Below are positions 1-8,810 of a DNA stretch of 43,160 nucleotides, in pieces. A model generated the notes under the pieces. The model did not search any database. It saw nothing but the letters and a program-made list of their open reading frames with translations, and was not told the origin of the DNA. Source of the stretch: a virus (Duplodnaviria; Caudoviricetes). Within the stretch, counting starts at the first letter, position 1. The number at the start of each line of letters is the position of its first letter. The position numbers were made by a program, and so were the translations under genes. Where the stretch lies: IMG/VR virus record IMGVR_UViG_3300038749_000016, positions 1 to 43,160 of that record; one strand, written 5' to 3'.

Positions 1-312
1 TTATATCGACCTCAACCCGCCGCTGATAATAAATGTCACAGCAGCACCGAGGATGCCGCTAACCACAATCCACATAATCCGGGATAGCGTTGACTGGATG
101 CTTTTGTTTGCACTTTCCAGCCCGTTGAACCGGGTATCAATCCGGGCTTCCATCGCCACCCACTTTTCATCATGGCGAGCGCTGTCGATGTCTCTCTGGC
201 GCTGCCATCCTTCAAGAATGGTCAACCGCTGATTATTCGACTGTGTCGCATGTTCTAGTCCGACCACACGGGACCGGAGATCGCTTTCTTCTGGCATGTT
301 CGTTGCATCCAT
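1..312 (-). CDS. Putative holin / hemolysin XhlA-like protein (coiled coil plus C-terminal TM helix)
   Basis: Last gene of the lysis cassette; C-terminal IMWIVVSGILGAAVTFIISGG; start may be 312 or 297. Confidence 0.6.
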   Translation of the reverse strand: MDATNMPEESDLRSRVVGLEHATQSNNQRLTILEGWQRQRDIDSARHDEKWVAMEARIDTRFNGLESANKSIQSTLSRIMWIVVSGILGAAVTFIISGGLRSI

Positions 313-329
313 CCGCCCGGTTGCCCCTA

Positions 330-572
330 TTACTTCTTGTCGTGAATAGCGCACTCATCTTTCGACCATACGCCGCCTGCACAACCGCGCACTACGGTGC
401 GGTCGATCTTTCGTTGGTCTGCCTCGGTTGCCCCGCGTGCGCCTAGCAGTTCAGTTCCGAGAACACTACGGACGCCGCTCACATTTGCCGGTGCTGAATG
501 TCCACACCCCGCCAGCGTCAATGCACTCATCATAAGAGTGAGCAGCGTCCAGAGCTTTGCCTGTGGCTTCAT
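330..572 (-). CDS. o-spanin lipoprotein (Rz1-like)
   Basis: MKPQAKLWTLLTLMMSALTLAGC lipobox (LAGC); starts inside the i-spanin gene in another frame. Confidence 0.8.
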   Translation of the reverse strand: MKPQAKLWTLLTLMMSALTLAGCGHSAPANVSGVRSVLGTELLGARGATEADQRKIDRTVVRGCAGGVWSKDECAIHDKK

Positions 573-714
573 TGTTCTGCCTTTCGATCTTGGTTTCCGT
601 GTTGGCCCTGCCTGATAGCTTTCCGGCGACATAACTACCGCCAGCGATTAGGGCGGCGGCAGCAAGGGCGGCGAGCGAGTATTTCAGCCATGAAGGAATG
701 AGCGCCCAGATCAT
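466..714 (-). CDS. i-spanin (Rz-like)
   Basis: N-terminal TM helix, short periplasmic part with 2 Cys; ATGA overlap with the endolysin stop. Confidence 0.75.
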   Translation of the reverse strand: MIWALIPSWLKYSLAALAAAALIAGGSYVAGKLSGRANTETKIERQNNEATGKALDAAHSYDECIDAGGVWTFSTGKCERRP

Positions 715-1469
715 GCCTCTTTCCTCACCCGCTGGATGAAGAAGTAGAGACCGATACCGACAAGCGCGACCATTGCGGCGGCAAGCGCCCACTGCATCGG
801 GCCGGAGCCGGAAGCCATCGCAGATACGCCACTAATTAGCCCGCCCAGAGGCCCCCAGCTTTCCGGCTTGGACAATACCGTCTTGAGCGATGTATCCGAC
901 TGTACGGCCTTGCCTGTCGGAACCTGCGGCCCCGGTGAAGGTACGGGAGTACTGTCACGCGAGAACGCCAGAGCGCGAGACCGAACCCGCGAGACACGCG
1001 AAGTCCAGCCCTTACCGAACGTCGAGAATGTGCCGAGACCTTTCAGCCATGCCAAACGTGCATCGCACAGTTCATTGATGATCCGGTCAGCGGCGATCCT
1101 GCGAACGGCAGCGAGTGTCTTTGCGCCGATGACGCCATCCTGATCGACGCCGACAACCTTCTGAAGCATCTTCACGGCGCGGGCCGGTCCGGAATTGATG
1201 GCAAAGTCAAAGACCGCATAATCGACACCGGCAGGCAGACCATCACCGGAAACCTTGTTCCAGTAGTTCTCTCGGTAAATATCCGTTGCCTTGGTCTTGG
1301 TCAGCGCCTTCACTTCGGCTTTCGATACCTTCCGACCTTCCCAAGCCGATAGCGTAGCGAGCGTGATGCCCATATTCGTTGCGCCGCCGGGGTCTTTCGG
1401 ATGATCGACATACCCGCCCTCTTCCGAGAAGACATGCGGCATCGCTTTGGCAAAGGTTCCCTTGGCCAT
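711..1469 (-). CDS. Endolysin, glycoside hydrolase family 108, with peptidoglycan-binding domain and C-terminal hydrophobic helices
   Basis: EGGYVDHPKDPGGATNMGIT, FDFAINSG, DGVIGAKT and FGKGWTSRV motifs. Confidence 0.93.
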   Translation of the reverse strand: MAKGTFAKAMPHVFSEEGGYVDHPKDPGGATNMGITLATLSAWEGRKVSKAEVKALTKTKATDIYRENYWNKVSGDGLPAGVDYAVFDFAINSGPARAVKMLQKVVGVDQDGVIGAKTLAAVRRIAADRIINELCDARLAWLKGLGTFSTFGKGWTSRVSRVRSRALAFSRDSTPVPSPGPQVPTGKAVQSDTSLKTVLSKPESWGPLGGLISGVSAMASGSGPMQWALAAAMVALVGIGLYFFIQRVRKEA

Positions 1470-1553
1470 TGGTGATTTCCTTTCGAAATGAAAGTTTGAT
1501 TGCAGAAATGTGATCGCCCGTGCTATTGGAGCGGCGGACGGGGAGAATTAAGT

Positions 1554-1805
1554 ATGGCGCAGGGCGAAAAGCGCTTCGACCAGATGCGACGGAACCCAAA
1601 AGGCGACTGGCGCATTGAAGATGTAGAAGTGGTATGCGCGTGGGCTGGCGTCGAATGCTGCAAGCCTAGCAATGGTTCTCATTATGGTGTTGCACATCCC
1701 AGCCAGACTGATATCCTCACCATACCCTACAAACGGCCCATTAAGGCGCTGTACATAAAGAAGCTGGTAGACTTCATTGATGCAGTTAAAAGGAGCGAAA
1801 AATGA
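1554..1805 (+). CDS. hicA: HicA family mRNA interferase toxin
   Basis: GSH motif, 'LTIPYKRPIKALYIK'; SD GGGAGA upstream; ATGA-coupled to hicB. Confidence 0.88.
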   Translation: MAQGEKRFDQMRRNPKGDWRIEDVEVVCAWAGVECCKPSNGSHYGVAHPSQTDILTIPYKRPIKALYIKKLVDFIDAVKRSEK

Positions 1806-2023
1806 GCGAGCATGATTATCGCATTCATATTGAACCGCTCTCCGTAGAAGACGGAGGCGGCTTTGTCGCGTTTGTTCCAGATCTTCCCGGCTGCATGTCC
1901 GATGGCGAAACAGAGCAGGAAGCTTTGAGCAATGTTCTCGAAGCGATCAGCGATTGGCTCGATTGCGCTAAATCCATGAAGCGGCCAATTCCTGAACCAA
2001 CCCGCGAACGGATGTACGCTTAA
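1802..2023 (+). CDS. hicB: HicB family antitoxin (short form, no C-terminal DNA-binding domain)
   Basis: GGFVAFVPDLPGCMSDGETEQEALSNVLEAI..W...IPEP signature. Confidence 0.92.
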   Translation: MSEHDYRIHIEPLSVEDGGGFVAFVPDLPGCMSDGETEQEALSNVLEAISDWLDCAKSMKRPIPEPTRERMYA

Positions 2024-2027
2024 TCCC

Positions 2028-2056
2028 AACCCCGGCTAGACCGGGGTTTCTTTTTT
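2028..2056 (+). terminator. Intrinsic terminator of hicAB
   Basis: AACCCCGG-ctaga-CCGGGGTT hairpin followed by TCTTTTTT. Confidence 0.85.
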
Positions 2057-2065
2057 CCTTTCGGC

Positions 2066-2093
2066 AAAGAAAAAGCCGCCTCAGTGGGCGGCT
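2066..2093 (-). terminator. Intrinsic terminator after the SGNH genes
   Basis: - strand AGCCGCC-cactga-GGCGGCT then TTTTCTTT; back-to-back with the hicAB terminator. Confidence 0.8.
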
Positions 2094-2115
2094 GAAAACG
2101 TTATACTGTCGCTAA

Positions 2116-2832
2116 CTATTGCGTACCGATCTGCGCTCGCTCTAAATCACGAATGATCGGCAGCAGCGCTTGATATTCACGGTTCGCTTTATCTTCGTAC
2201 ATTTCATCGGTAGGGTGCAGGCAATCTGACAGTTTATCGCGCCAGTCAGGCTGCTTCGATATTTCGTCAAAATGACGAACAATTGTAACCTTCTGCTCTT
2301 GAGCAACTGAGTTAAGAGCTTCGACGTATTGAGCTAGCGATTTACTTCGGAGTGGCTCGCAAGTTGGATTAGGTTGGGCGATTACAACCGTTTTTCCAAA
2401 GGACTTTGCTATCAAGACCATCTCGTTAATGATCGACCTAAAAGCTTCAGGTGTTTCGCTCGCTAGGCCGTCCTTCGGTTTCTCGAAATAGAAACTATCG
2501 TTCAACGCAAAATTGATAACAACAACGTCCACATCGCTCGACGCCATCTCATTGCGCCACGGCTTGTTCTTGCCGTCCAACCCCATGAAAAGTTGAGATG
2601 CCTGAGTGCCTCCAACCGCTTTATTTTTAACGATTACAGGTTTACTCATTGCCTTTCTGAGATTTTGTTGCAGGAGTGCCGGAACGTTGTTTTCAGTTAT
2701 ACGTCCAACCCCCTGCTTAAGTTGCCACCCTTCCGACGTGCTATCACCATAGACGGCGATGTTCATTCCGAAAGATGTCTCGGAATAGAGAGAACACGCC
2801 AACACGATGAGTGCAAAAGTCACTTTTCCCAT
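2116..2832 (-). CDS. SGNH/GDSL hydrolase with N-terminal signal peptide
   Basis: Blocks GDSTSEG / AVGGT / NFALND / DCLHP; hydrophobic N-terminus. Confidence 0.88.
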   Translation of the reverse strand: MGKVTFALIVLACSLYSETSFGMNIAVYGDSTSEGWQLKQGVGRITENNVPALLQQNLRKAMSKPVIVKNKAVGGTQASQLFMGLDGKNKPWRNEMASSDVDVVVINFALNDSFYFEKPKDGLASETPEAFRSIINEMVLIAKSFGKTVVIAQPNPTCEPLRSKSLAQYVEALNSVAQEQKVTIVRHFDEISKQPDWRDKLSDCLHPTDEMYEDKANREYQALLPIIRDLERAQIGTQ

Positions 2833-2838
2833 ATCGGC

Positions 2839-2867
2839 AATCTAATGCGACCTTTACGGCGAAGCAA
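2839..2867 (-). promoter_or_regulatory. Candidate sigma70 promoter giving a leaderless mRNA for the secreted SGNH gene
   Basis: TTGCTT-N17-TAGATT, with ATG 6 nt after the -10; no SD. Confidence 0.55.
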
Positions 2868-2868
2868 A

Positions 2869-3447
2869 TCAGTAAATTAGTGGCAAGAGTGCATTCGTTA
2901 TCACCGGAAGAGAAACAGCGTTGAATTGATCGACCGGCGGGTGAAGGCCATCTGGTATTTGCTCAAGCGTCGGCGCGCCCCACGATGATGAGCAATCTAT
3001 AAGCACCAGCCCTTCATCTTCTGACGCGAGATCGTAGTAGACCGCTTTGTAATCCGCGTAGTTTGGCCTTGATGTTGAGGCTGATGAACCGGGAACTGGC
3101 GGATTGAGTATCGTGAGACATATCTTAACCAATGGATTGTCGGCGCGCATCAATTCAACAATTTGTTCAATGTTTGATTTCGACTGCTCCGTTGTTATCG
3201 AATATGGTGAGTAAGCGTCATTAACTGAGAACTCAATGAGAACAATGTCAGGCCGCGAATGAATAAGTTCCTCAAGACTGCTTAATCCGACCGAGGAACT
3301 TGCGCCAGATACGCCATAGTTAAGAACGACAGAACCAAGGGATTTCCCACTCTGTAACGAGACATGAAGGTTTCGTTGCCAAGAATAACTTGGCTGTATC
3401 CCGGCAGTGAGGCTTGTACCAAGTGTGGCTATTGTAATTTTCTTCAC
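2869..3447 (-). CDS. SGNH/GDSL hydrolase without signal peptide
   Basis: LGTSLTAG / GVSGASS / EFSVND / DGLHP; GTG start directly after the fibre stop. Confidence 0.85.
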   Translation of the reverse strand: MKKITIATLGTSLTAGIQPSYSWQRNLHVSLQSGKSLGSVVLNYGVSGASSSVGLSSLEELIHSRPDIVLIEFSVNDAYSPYSITTEQSKSNIEQIVELMRADNPLVKICLTILNPPVPGSSASTSRPNYADYKAVYYDLASEDEGLVLIDCSSSWGAPTLEQIPDGLHPPVDQFNAVSLPVITNALLPLIY

Positions 3448-4644
3448 TTACTTGCCTCGCCTATCGGTATAACCGTGGACCCATGCGGAAACAGTGACAT
3501 CGTTTTCGGCGGTAGTATTGCCCCATCGCAAGACCCGTCCGTTGACGTCGGTATAGACACGGAAAATCGTAGTCATGATAGCGTCTTGAGGAACGTGAAG
3601 CATACTGTTATTCAGCGTCACAACCCCACCCTGATCTGGATCGACCATGGCAACGAATACAAACTGCCCTGCGGTGCCACTGGTTTGGTAAGTTGCCCCA
3701 ATTACTGCCTCAACTTTGATGCCGACAGGTACTGTTAGCGGCAATATCTTGGGCGTAGTTCCACCATCCCAAGCGCCTGAAATGACATTGATTGGCGTGT
3801 TGTAAGCAAAGTAATCTCCAGTTTGTAGAAAACGCACGATGTTGGCACTTGCGTCAGTGCGTATTGATCCAATACGCCTTTTTGCGGAATACCCACTTGG
3901 CATCTGTGGGTTGGATATCGAGCCGGAGAACAGGACGTCTGTGATTTTTTCGGTTGGGTTATAGATCGCGAACACGTGATACCAAGTGCTAGCCGCCACA
4001 GAGCCAACGTCTAATCCACCCACGCCGGAGCCTCCGCTCCAGTTGGCATTTAGCCCTTTCCGCATACCGGATGGCATCGACATGGAAATAGTACCCGCAT
4101 CGTTTATCGCAATGCCGGGCGATATGCTAATAAAGCTGTTTGGCGTTGTTGGGTCGTTTGCGATTATAAAACCATTTAATAGTCCCGCTATCGGAAATGA
4201 AGTTAGCGCAGCCAACTGACCCAACGTACCGTTCGGGTCTTGGATGCCGAAGGTAGCAGGATCGGCCAAATCCATCATGCCGACGCCGGTGAAGATTGGC
4301 ACCAACCCAGCAGAGCCGACAAGGGCAGCGAATGCTTCTATGTTCCCGCTGGAAAGAAGGTCGATCAGATTGCGAACAGCGCCCTGATACCGGCTGCCGT
4401 CTGGCTGGAAACGGATGCGCAGGGGCAAGCCTGTTCCAGCTGCATCGGTAGGGCAAGGCAGGAACAATGTGCCGCTGTTCTGCCCGGTGATGGATGCGAT
4501 AATCAGGACATGACCGGACGGGGCGATAATGGCGTCACCGGCTTGTACGGCTGCCGTCTGGAGCGATGAGCCTGACGTGGTGAAGTCACTGCTGCCAGAG
4601 GTCAGCGTCAACTCACCGATGTCATAATCGGGGCGTATTGCCAT
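3448..4644 (-). CDS. Tail fibre / receptor-binding protein
   Basis: End of tail module; G/S/T-rich; N-terminal anchor region and an AT-richer C-terminal part (WYHVFAI..., GYSAKRRIGSIRT). Confidence 0.75.
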   Translation of the reverse strand: MAIRPDYDIGELTLTSGSSDFTTSGSSLQTAAVQAGDAIIAPSGHVLIIASITGQNSGTLFLPCPTDAAGTGLPLRIRFQPDGSRYQGAVRNLIDLLSSGNIEAFAALVGSAGLVPIFTGVGMMDLADPATFGIQDPNGTLGQLAALTSFPIAGLLNGFIIANDPTTPNSFISISPGIAINDAGTISMSMPSGMRKGLNANWSGGSGVGGLDVGSVAASTWYHVFAIYNPTEKITDVLFSGSISNPQMPSGYSAKRRIGSIRTDASANIVRFLQTGDYFAYNTPINVISGAWDGGTTPKILPLTVPVGIKVEAVIGATYQTSGTAGQFVFVAMVDPDQGGVVTLNNSMLHVPQDAIMTTIFRVYTDVNGRVLRWGNTTAENDVTVSAWVHGYTDRRGK

Positions 4645-4892
4645 TATGCGCTCCTCTTAGATTTCTGAGCGGCTTCAAGGTCTTTGTTGCGCTGTTCAAG
4701 CTCGGTGCGGAAAGCTTCGTTCTGGGCTTCGAGGATGGTCATCTGGGCGCGCATGCCGGTAATCTCATTCGCCAGAAGTAATGTTCTATTTTTATAGAAC
4801 TCATTCAGCGCCATAGCCTCGCTTGCCGCCGCCATCGGATCGATTTGCACGTGCGTAGGCTTCGCCGGTTCATTCACCGTCGTCTCGGTCAT
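4644..4892 (-). CDS. Small coiled-coil tail-associated protein
   Basis: Coupled ORF in tail operon, heptad pattern, SD AAGGA. Confidence 0.6.
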   Translation of the reverse strand: MTETTVNEPAKPTHVQIDPMAAASEAMALNEFYKNRTLLLANEITGMRAQMTILEAQNEAFRTELEQRNKDLEAAQKSKRSA

Positions 4893-4911
4893 GTCGGGTT
4901 TTCCTTGAATG

Positions 4912-5259
4912 TCAGGTGTTATCGATCAACGCTGCAAAGCGGATCGTGCGAGTTGGGCCAGCAATGTTTCGGATACGGACATAGTTATATGGCGGGCTTG
5001 TTTCGGCGCAGAAGGTATCGCGGTGTGGATGCGCCCCGTCAGCAGCCGTCAGGAAGACATATGGAAGTTTCTGGCTCGGGTTGCTGATTGCATAATCCTG
5101 TGCCCCACCAGCACCAAGCGTTACAGACCCATCCAGAACCTGCGCCATGACGCCCATATTCGGGAACATGCCAAGATACTGCTGGCTGGCCGTATCAACG
5201 TCGTAACCCGGCTGGGAGACATACACACCTGATGTAGAAAATCTGATGCGCGTCGTCAT
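4912..5259 (-). CDS. Minor tail-tip protein
   Basis: Coupled ORF; shares the 'R...S.PGYD' N-terminus with its two neighbours. Confidence 0.65.
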   Translation of the reverse strand: MTTRIRFSTSGVYVSQPGYDVDTASQQYLGMFPNMGVMAQVLDGSVTLGAGGAQDYAISNPSQKLPYVFLTAADGAHPHRDTFCAETSPPYNYVRIRNIAGPTRTIRFAALIDNT

Positions 5260-5693
5260 GTCGATGTCTTGTCCAGTGGGTTCTTAAAGATCAGCGCCCG
5301 GAACCGATAATCGTAGTCAGCAGAAGTTCCTCCACTGCTGGAGACCCATATGCCAGACGACGAAACGCAAATCTGGAAGAAGTTGTTCATCTCTGTCGTC
5401 GCCGGGTTGTTGTCGTTTGGATAAAAAACGCGACCAATGCTTGTCGGGGTGATCGATGTGAACACGTACGGGACATAGCCAAGGTTCGGGAAATGATACT
5501 CACCCTGGTAGTAACGAAGGCTGCTGTTGCTCCATTTGGTAAGCGTCAGATCGGCTATGGCATGCAGTTTCAGATAATCGTTGCGACTGTCGAAAACCCC
5601 CGGCTGTGTTCGGTCAGAAGCGTCATATCCCGGTGGCGAAATACGAAAGAGCATCTGTCCGCCGTTATCGCCAATAATCATACGTGTCGTCAT
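5256..5693 (-). CDS. Minor tail-tip protein
   Basis: Coupled ORF; FRISPPGYDA...FDS. Confidence 0.65.
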   Translation of the reverse strand: MTTRMIIGDNGGQMLFRISPPGYDASDRTQPGVFDSRNDYLKLHAIADLTLTKWSNSSLRYYQGEYHFPNLGYVPYVFTSITPTSIGRVFYPNDNNPATTEMNNFFQICVSSSGIWVSSSGGTSADYDYRFRALIFKNPLDKTST

Positions 5694-6145
5694 GCTTCAA
5701 ACACCAGAATTGATGCGCGCAAAGGGAGAGAGGTTGTCCAGTACGCATTGTTCAGGGCCACGCGATTGTTGTAAGCGACCGCCGTTGCAACTGAACAATT
5801 GATGGTGATAAACCCCTGCCAGTAAAGGCAAACAGCATCTGAAGGAGGCGGCGAAGTGAAACCCGGCTGCCCAGGGTTCGAGGTGTTAAATCGAGAGCTA
5901 TCCCCGTTCCAGATCGCATGATACTGAACCGCGAATTTCGGAATAAACGACAGCGCATACGGATAATTCCAGACGAAATTCGTCCCAGCGCTGCCGTAGT
6001 ATCGGAACTTAATGCCACCGCCGTTGAACCAGTTGCTGTCAAAGGTCTTGTACTGGTCTGCCAGTGACGGTGTGGCGTCGTATCCAGTCTTGCTCGTTAT
6101 CAGCCGGGGACTTGCGCCCCCAGCCAGATATACTCTCTGTGTCAT
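5690..6145 (-). CDS. Minor tail-tip protein
   Basis: Follows the J-like gene; LITSKTGYDA...FDS. Confidence 0.65.
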   Translation of the reverse strand: MTQRVYLAGGASPRLITSKTGYDATPSLADQYKTFDSNWFNGGGIKFRYYGSAGTNFVWNYPYALSFIPKFAVQYHAIWNGDSSRFNTSNPGQPGFTSPPPSDAVCLYWQGFITINCSVATAVAYNNRVALNNAYWTTSLPLRASILVFEA

Positions 6146-6154
6146 GGATCACCG

Positions 6155-8791
6155 TTAATCGCTGAAAATCAGGGTCTTAGCAGCCAGATTGAAGACAACC
6201 TTGTTATCCGGCGACCGCAGGATGCCCGCCGTCACATCACCGATATTGGCGACCTGAAGAGCCAAACCACCGGCAATGAAAGTGAGTGGTGCCTGACTGT
6301 TCGTCCCATTGGTCACAATGAACTGATCGGCATTGATGACGACGCGGCTTGCACCTCCTGTCAGAGCATCAAGGAAGATGGCTGCCTGCGATGTTGAGCC
6401 GCCGCCGGATGCTGAAACACTCAGACCAATACGAGCCAGTGCGCCACCCGGTGTTGCTTCGACAGTGGTGCGGAAAAGCCCCGATGCCGAGAAGTTGCCC
6501 ACGGTCGCCGTCAAGCCAGTCACAGCATTCGCCGTGGCGGTCAGTACGCCGTCCATCGTGGAAACTTGCACTTGCAACAGATCAACAGCACTGGCGGTCG
6601 CTTCCAGACCCGTTACCGGGTCATTGACGACAGCCTCCAGACTTTCAATCCTGGTGACGATTGCCGAACCGGGACCGATGGCTACTTCGATGGCCTCGGT
6701 ATACGAAGCCTTGAGACCTTCGGCAGTGACGGACATTTCCCGGCGAAGCGTTTGCTTGTCGGTATAGTTCGCACTGTCCTGCTCGGTCGCCTGCGCACCG
6801 ATACGGTCAAGCTCTTCCTGCACATAGCGGAAGCTGTCACCGATCCATTCGAGATTGCGCTGGACGTCTTGGTTCAATTGGTCAATGTCGATTGGATAGA
6901 TGTCGAGCGGGCCAAGCCGGATATCTAGCGTGGTGACCGGTATCCAGTCGGACCATTCAAACGGACGATTGCCAGCATAGCTGTTGTATCGTGCCCTGAT
7001 CTGATAGCCGGTGTTCGGCAACAGAGTACCGGGTGCGATCAGCATCGACCCGACATCGACCCTTTCGGTTCTGCCGACATAGATCACGCCAAGGTCAAAG
7101 GCCGTGCGGACTTCGAACATGACCTGATCGACGTCAGGCTGATCACCATCCCACGACAGCAGAATAGCGCACCGACGGTTATTGCCGTTGCTGTCCACTG
7201 CCACCGCTGCCACTGCCGCGAAATCAACGATGGGCTGGGGCGTCGGACGGATCGTGCCAATTGGCGCAAAGACCGGCGGCGTGTAATCGGTGTCTGGGTC
7301 CCAATCGTAATCGGATGGATCGACTTCCGTCAGATCGACAACAACGTCAAGATTGGCCTTGTCCGTCACGCCATCAACGCGCATGAGCTTGTTGACGTAG
7401 CCGTTACGCTCCGATGTCCACGAAATCACATCGCCCGGTTCCAGCGTCCAGTAGGAAGGCGGCAGGACGAACGTGTGACGACGGGCACGGCGGGCCTCGT
7501 TCAAGGCCGCTTTCATCAGGCGCTGCACCTGACCAGACCGATAGACATAATCCATCGGCACATCGGTCAGAAGGCGTCGATTGCCGTCCTCGACCTCATA
7601 TGTGGCGTTATAGAGCGGCGGCGCTGCCTTGGTGTTCCAGCCCTCATTTGGCTCTGGATAGGTCGCAGTGATCCCATTGACCGTCTCCGACAGGCCGAAG
7701 AACGGCGTGAAGGTCTGCTCCTCGGTCGAAATGATTTCATCATCCGTGAAGAACGCCACCGGCGCATCTGGTTCACCGACACGGATTTTGTATACGCCCG
7801 CGCTTTCGATCAGGCGGGCATTGCCACCGGTTAGGAGCTTATCAGTCGCATCGCCAATCGGCGTATCAACTGTGATTTCACCGCCGGTAACAAACTGCGG
7901 CTCCAAACCGTCAGGGCCTTGTACCTGCAAGCGGCACTTGTTGATCTGCGCAATCCAGTCAGCAGCAGGCAAACGCGCACTGGTGACCGTCTGTAGACCG
8001 TACAGCCACGTTCCTTGTTCGATAATGCCGCGAAGCAGGTTATAGGCCTGAACTGCGAGCAGATCGTCGCCATCGCCGCCCCACGTTGACGGGGTGCTCC
8101 AGCGATGGGTACCGGAACCGCCTGCCGTGCTATCTTTCGAAATGTCATAGAGCTTGCGGCCCTGTATCTCGAATTTGAACTGCGGGAACCCGGTAAACAG
8201 CTCTTCATCGATCTGGGCAGTGACGATGGCATAAGCCACGCCCTTCCCGATACGCTTGTTGCTGTATGGGTATTTCGCGTTCGATACCGTATTGACCAAG
8301 AACGGATCAGCTACAGTCTGGGTGCCATCATACCACTTGATCCAGAGATGGTTGTCGTCGCCGCCGGTCTTGTATTCAGTGACAGGAAAGCCCCAATCGC
8401 CATATGACGTGTCGCTCGTGTCGATGGTGACGGGTTCGCCATTGACCCACAGCCCGGTCAGGTCACGGATCGGATGGTCAGCAAGCGCAATCACCTGAGT
8501 GAAATAAGCATTCGGCGTCTTGCCAGACTTGCCCCATGTATTCGCATAGACCAGTGAGCCAGCCGTACAGGTGCGCCCGAACACGACAGACCGCGAAACA
8601 TCGCCACCGGCCTGAAGCTTGCCCTTTACGCCGCCCGCTTCCGGTGTCTTTTCGCCTGACAGCGCACGAGCAGCCAGAGACAAGCCGACGCCCACGGCAA
8701 TACGCAGCAGAGCGCCACCGAGAGCACCAGACAAAAAGGTAGACGAAAGCAGCCCGCCCGCGATGGCGGACAAGCCTGTAAAAACAGCCAT
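6155..8791 (-). CDS. Central tail fibre / host specificity protein (lambda J-like)
   Basis: 878 aa; tail domain (LEPGDVIS), FN3-like segment, coiled coil, C-terminal 'INADQFIV...ANIGDVTAG'. Confidence 0.85.
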   Translation of the reverse strand: MAVFTGLSAIAGGLLSSTFLSGALGGALLRIAVGVGLSLAARALSGEKTPEAGGVKGKLQAGGDVSRSVVFGRTCTAGSLVYANTWGKSGKTPNAYFTQVIALADHPIRDLTGLWVNGEPVTIDTSDTSYGDWGFPVTEYKTGGDDNHLWIKWYDGTQTVADPFLVNTVSNAKYPYSNKRIGKGVAYAIVTAQIDEELFTGFPQFKFEIQGRKLYDISKDSTAGGSGTHRWSTPSTWGGDGDDLLAVQAYNLLRGIIEQGTWLYGLQTVTSARLPAADWIAQINKCRLQVQGPDGLEPQFVTGGEITVDTPIGDATDKLLTGGNARLIESAGVYKIRVGEPDAPVAFFTDDEIISTEEQTFTPFFGLSETVNGITATYPEPNEGWNTKAAPPLYNATYEVEDGNRRLLTDVPMDYVYRSGQVQRLMKAALNEARRARRHTFVLPPSYWTLEPGDVISWTSERNGYVNKLMRVDGVTDKANLDVVVDLTEVDPSDYDWDPDTDYTPPVFAPIGTIRPTPQPIVDFAAVAAVAVDSNGNNRRCAILLSWDGDQPDVDQVMFEVRTAFDLGVIYVGRTERVDVGSMLIAPGTLLPNTGYQIRARYNSYAGNRPFEWSDWIPVTTLDIRLGPLDIYPIDIDQLNQDVQRNLEWIGDSFRYVQEELDRIGAQATEQDSANYTDKQTLRREMSVTAEGLKASYTEAIEVAIGPGSAIVTRIESLEAVVNDPVTGLEATASAVDLLQVQVSTMDGVLTATANAVTGLTATVGNFSASGLFRTTVEATPGGALARIGLSVSASGGGSTSQAAIFLDALTGGASRVVINADQFIVTNGTNSQAPLTFIAGGLALQVANIGDVTAGILRSPDNKVVFNLAAKTLIFSD

Positions 8792-8810
8792 TGATGTCCT
8801 CGGAGAGCGG

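Noticed and set aside
3448-8791. Diversity-generating retroelement or invertible fibre cassette
   Set aside because: No reverse transcriptase, invertase, TR/VR pair or inverted crossover sites seen
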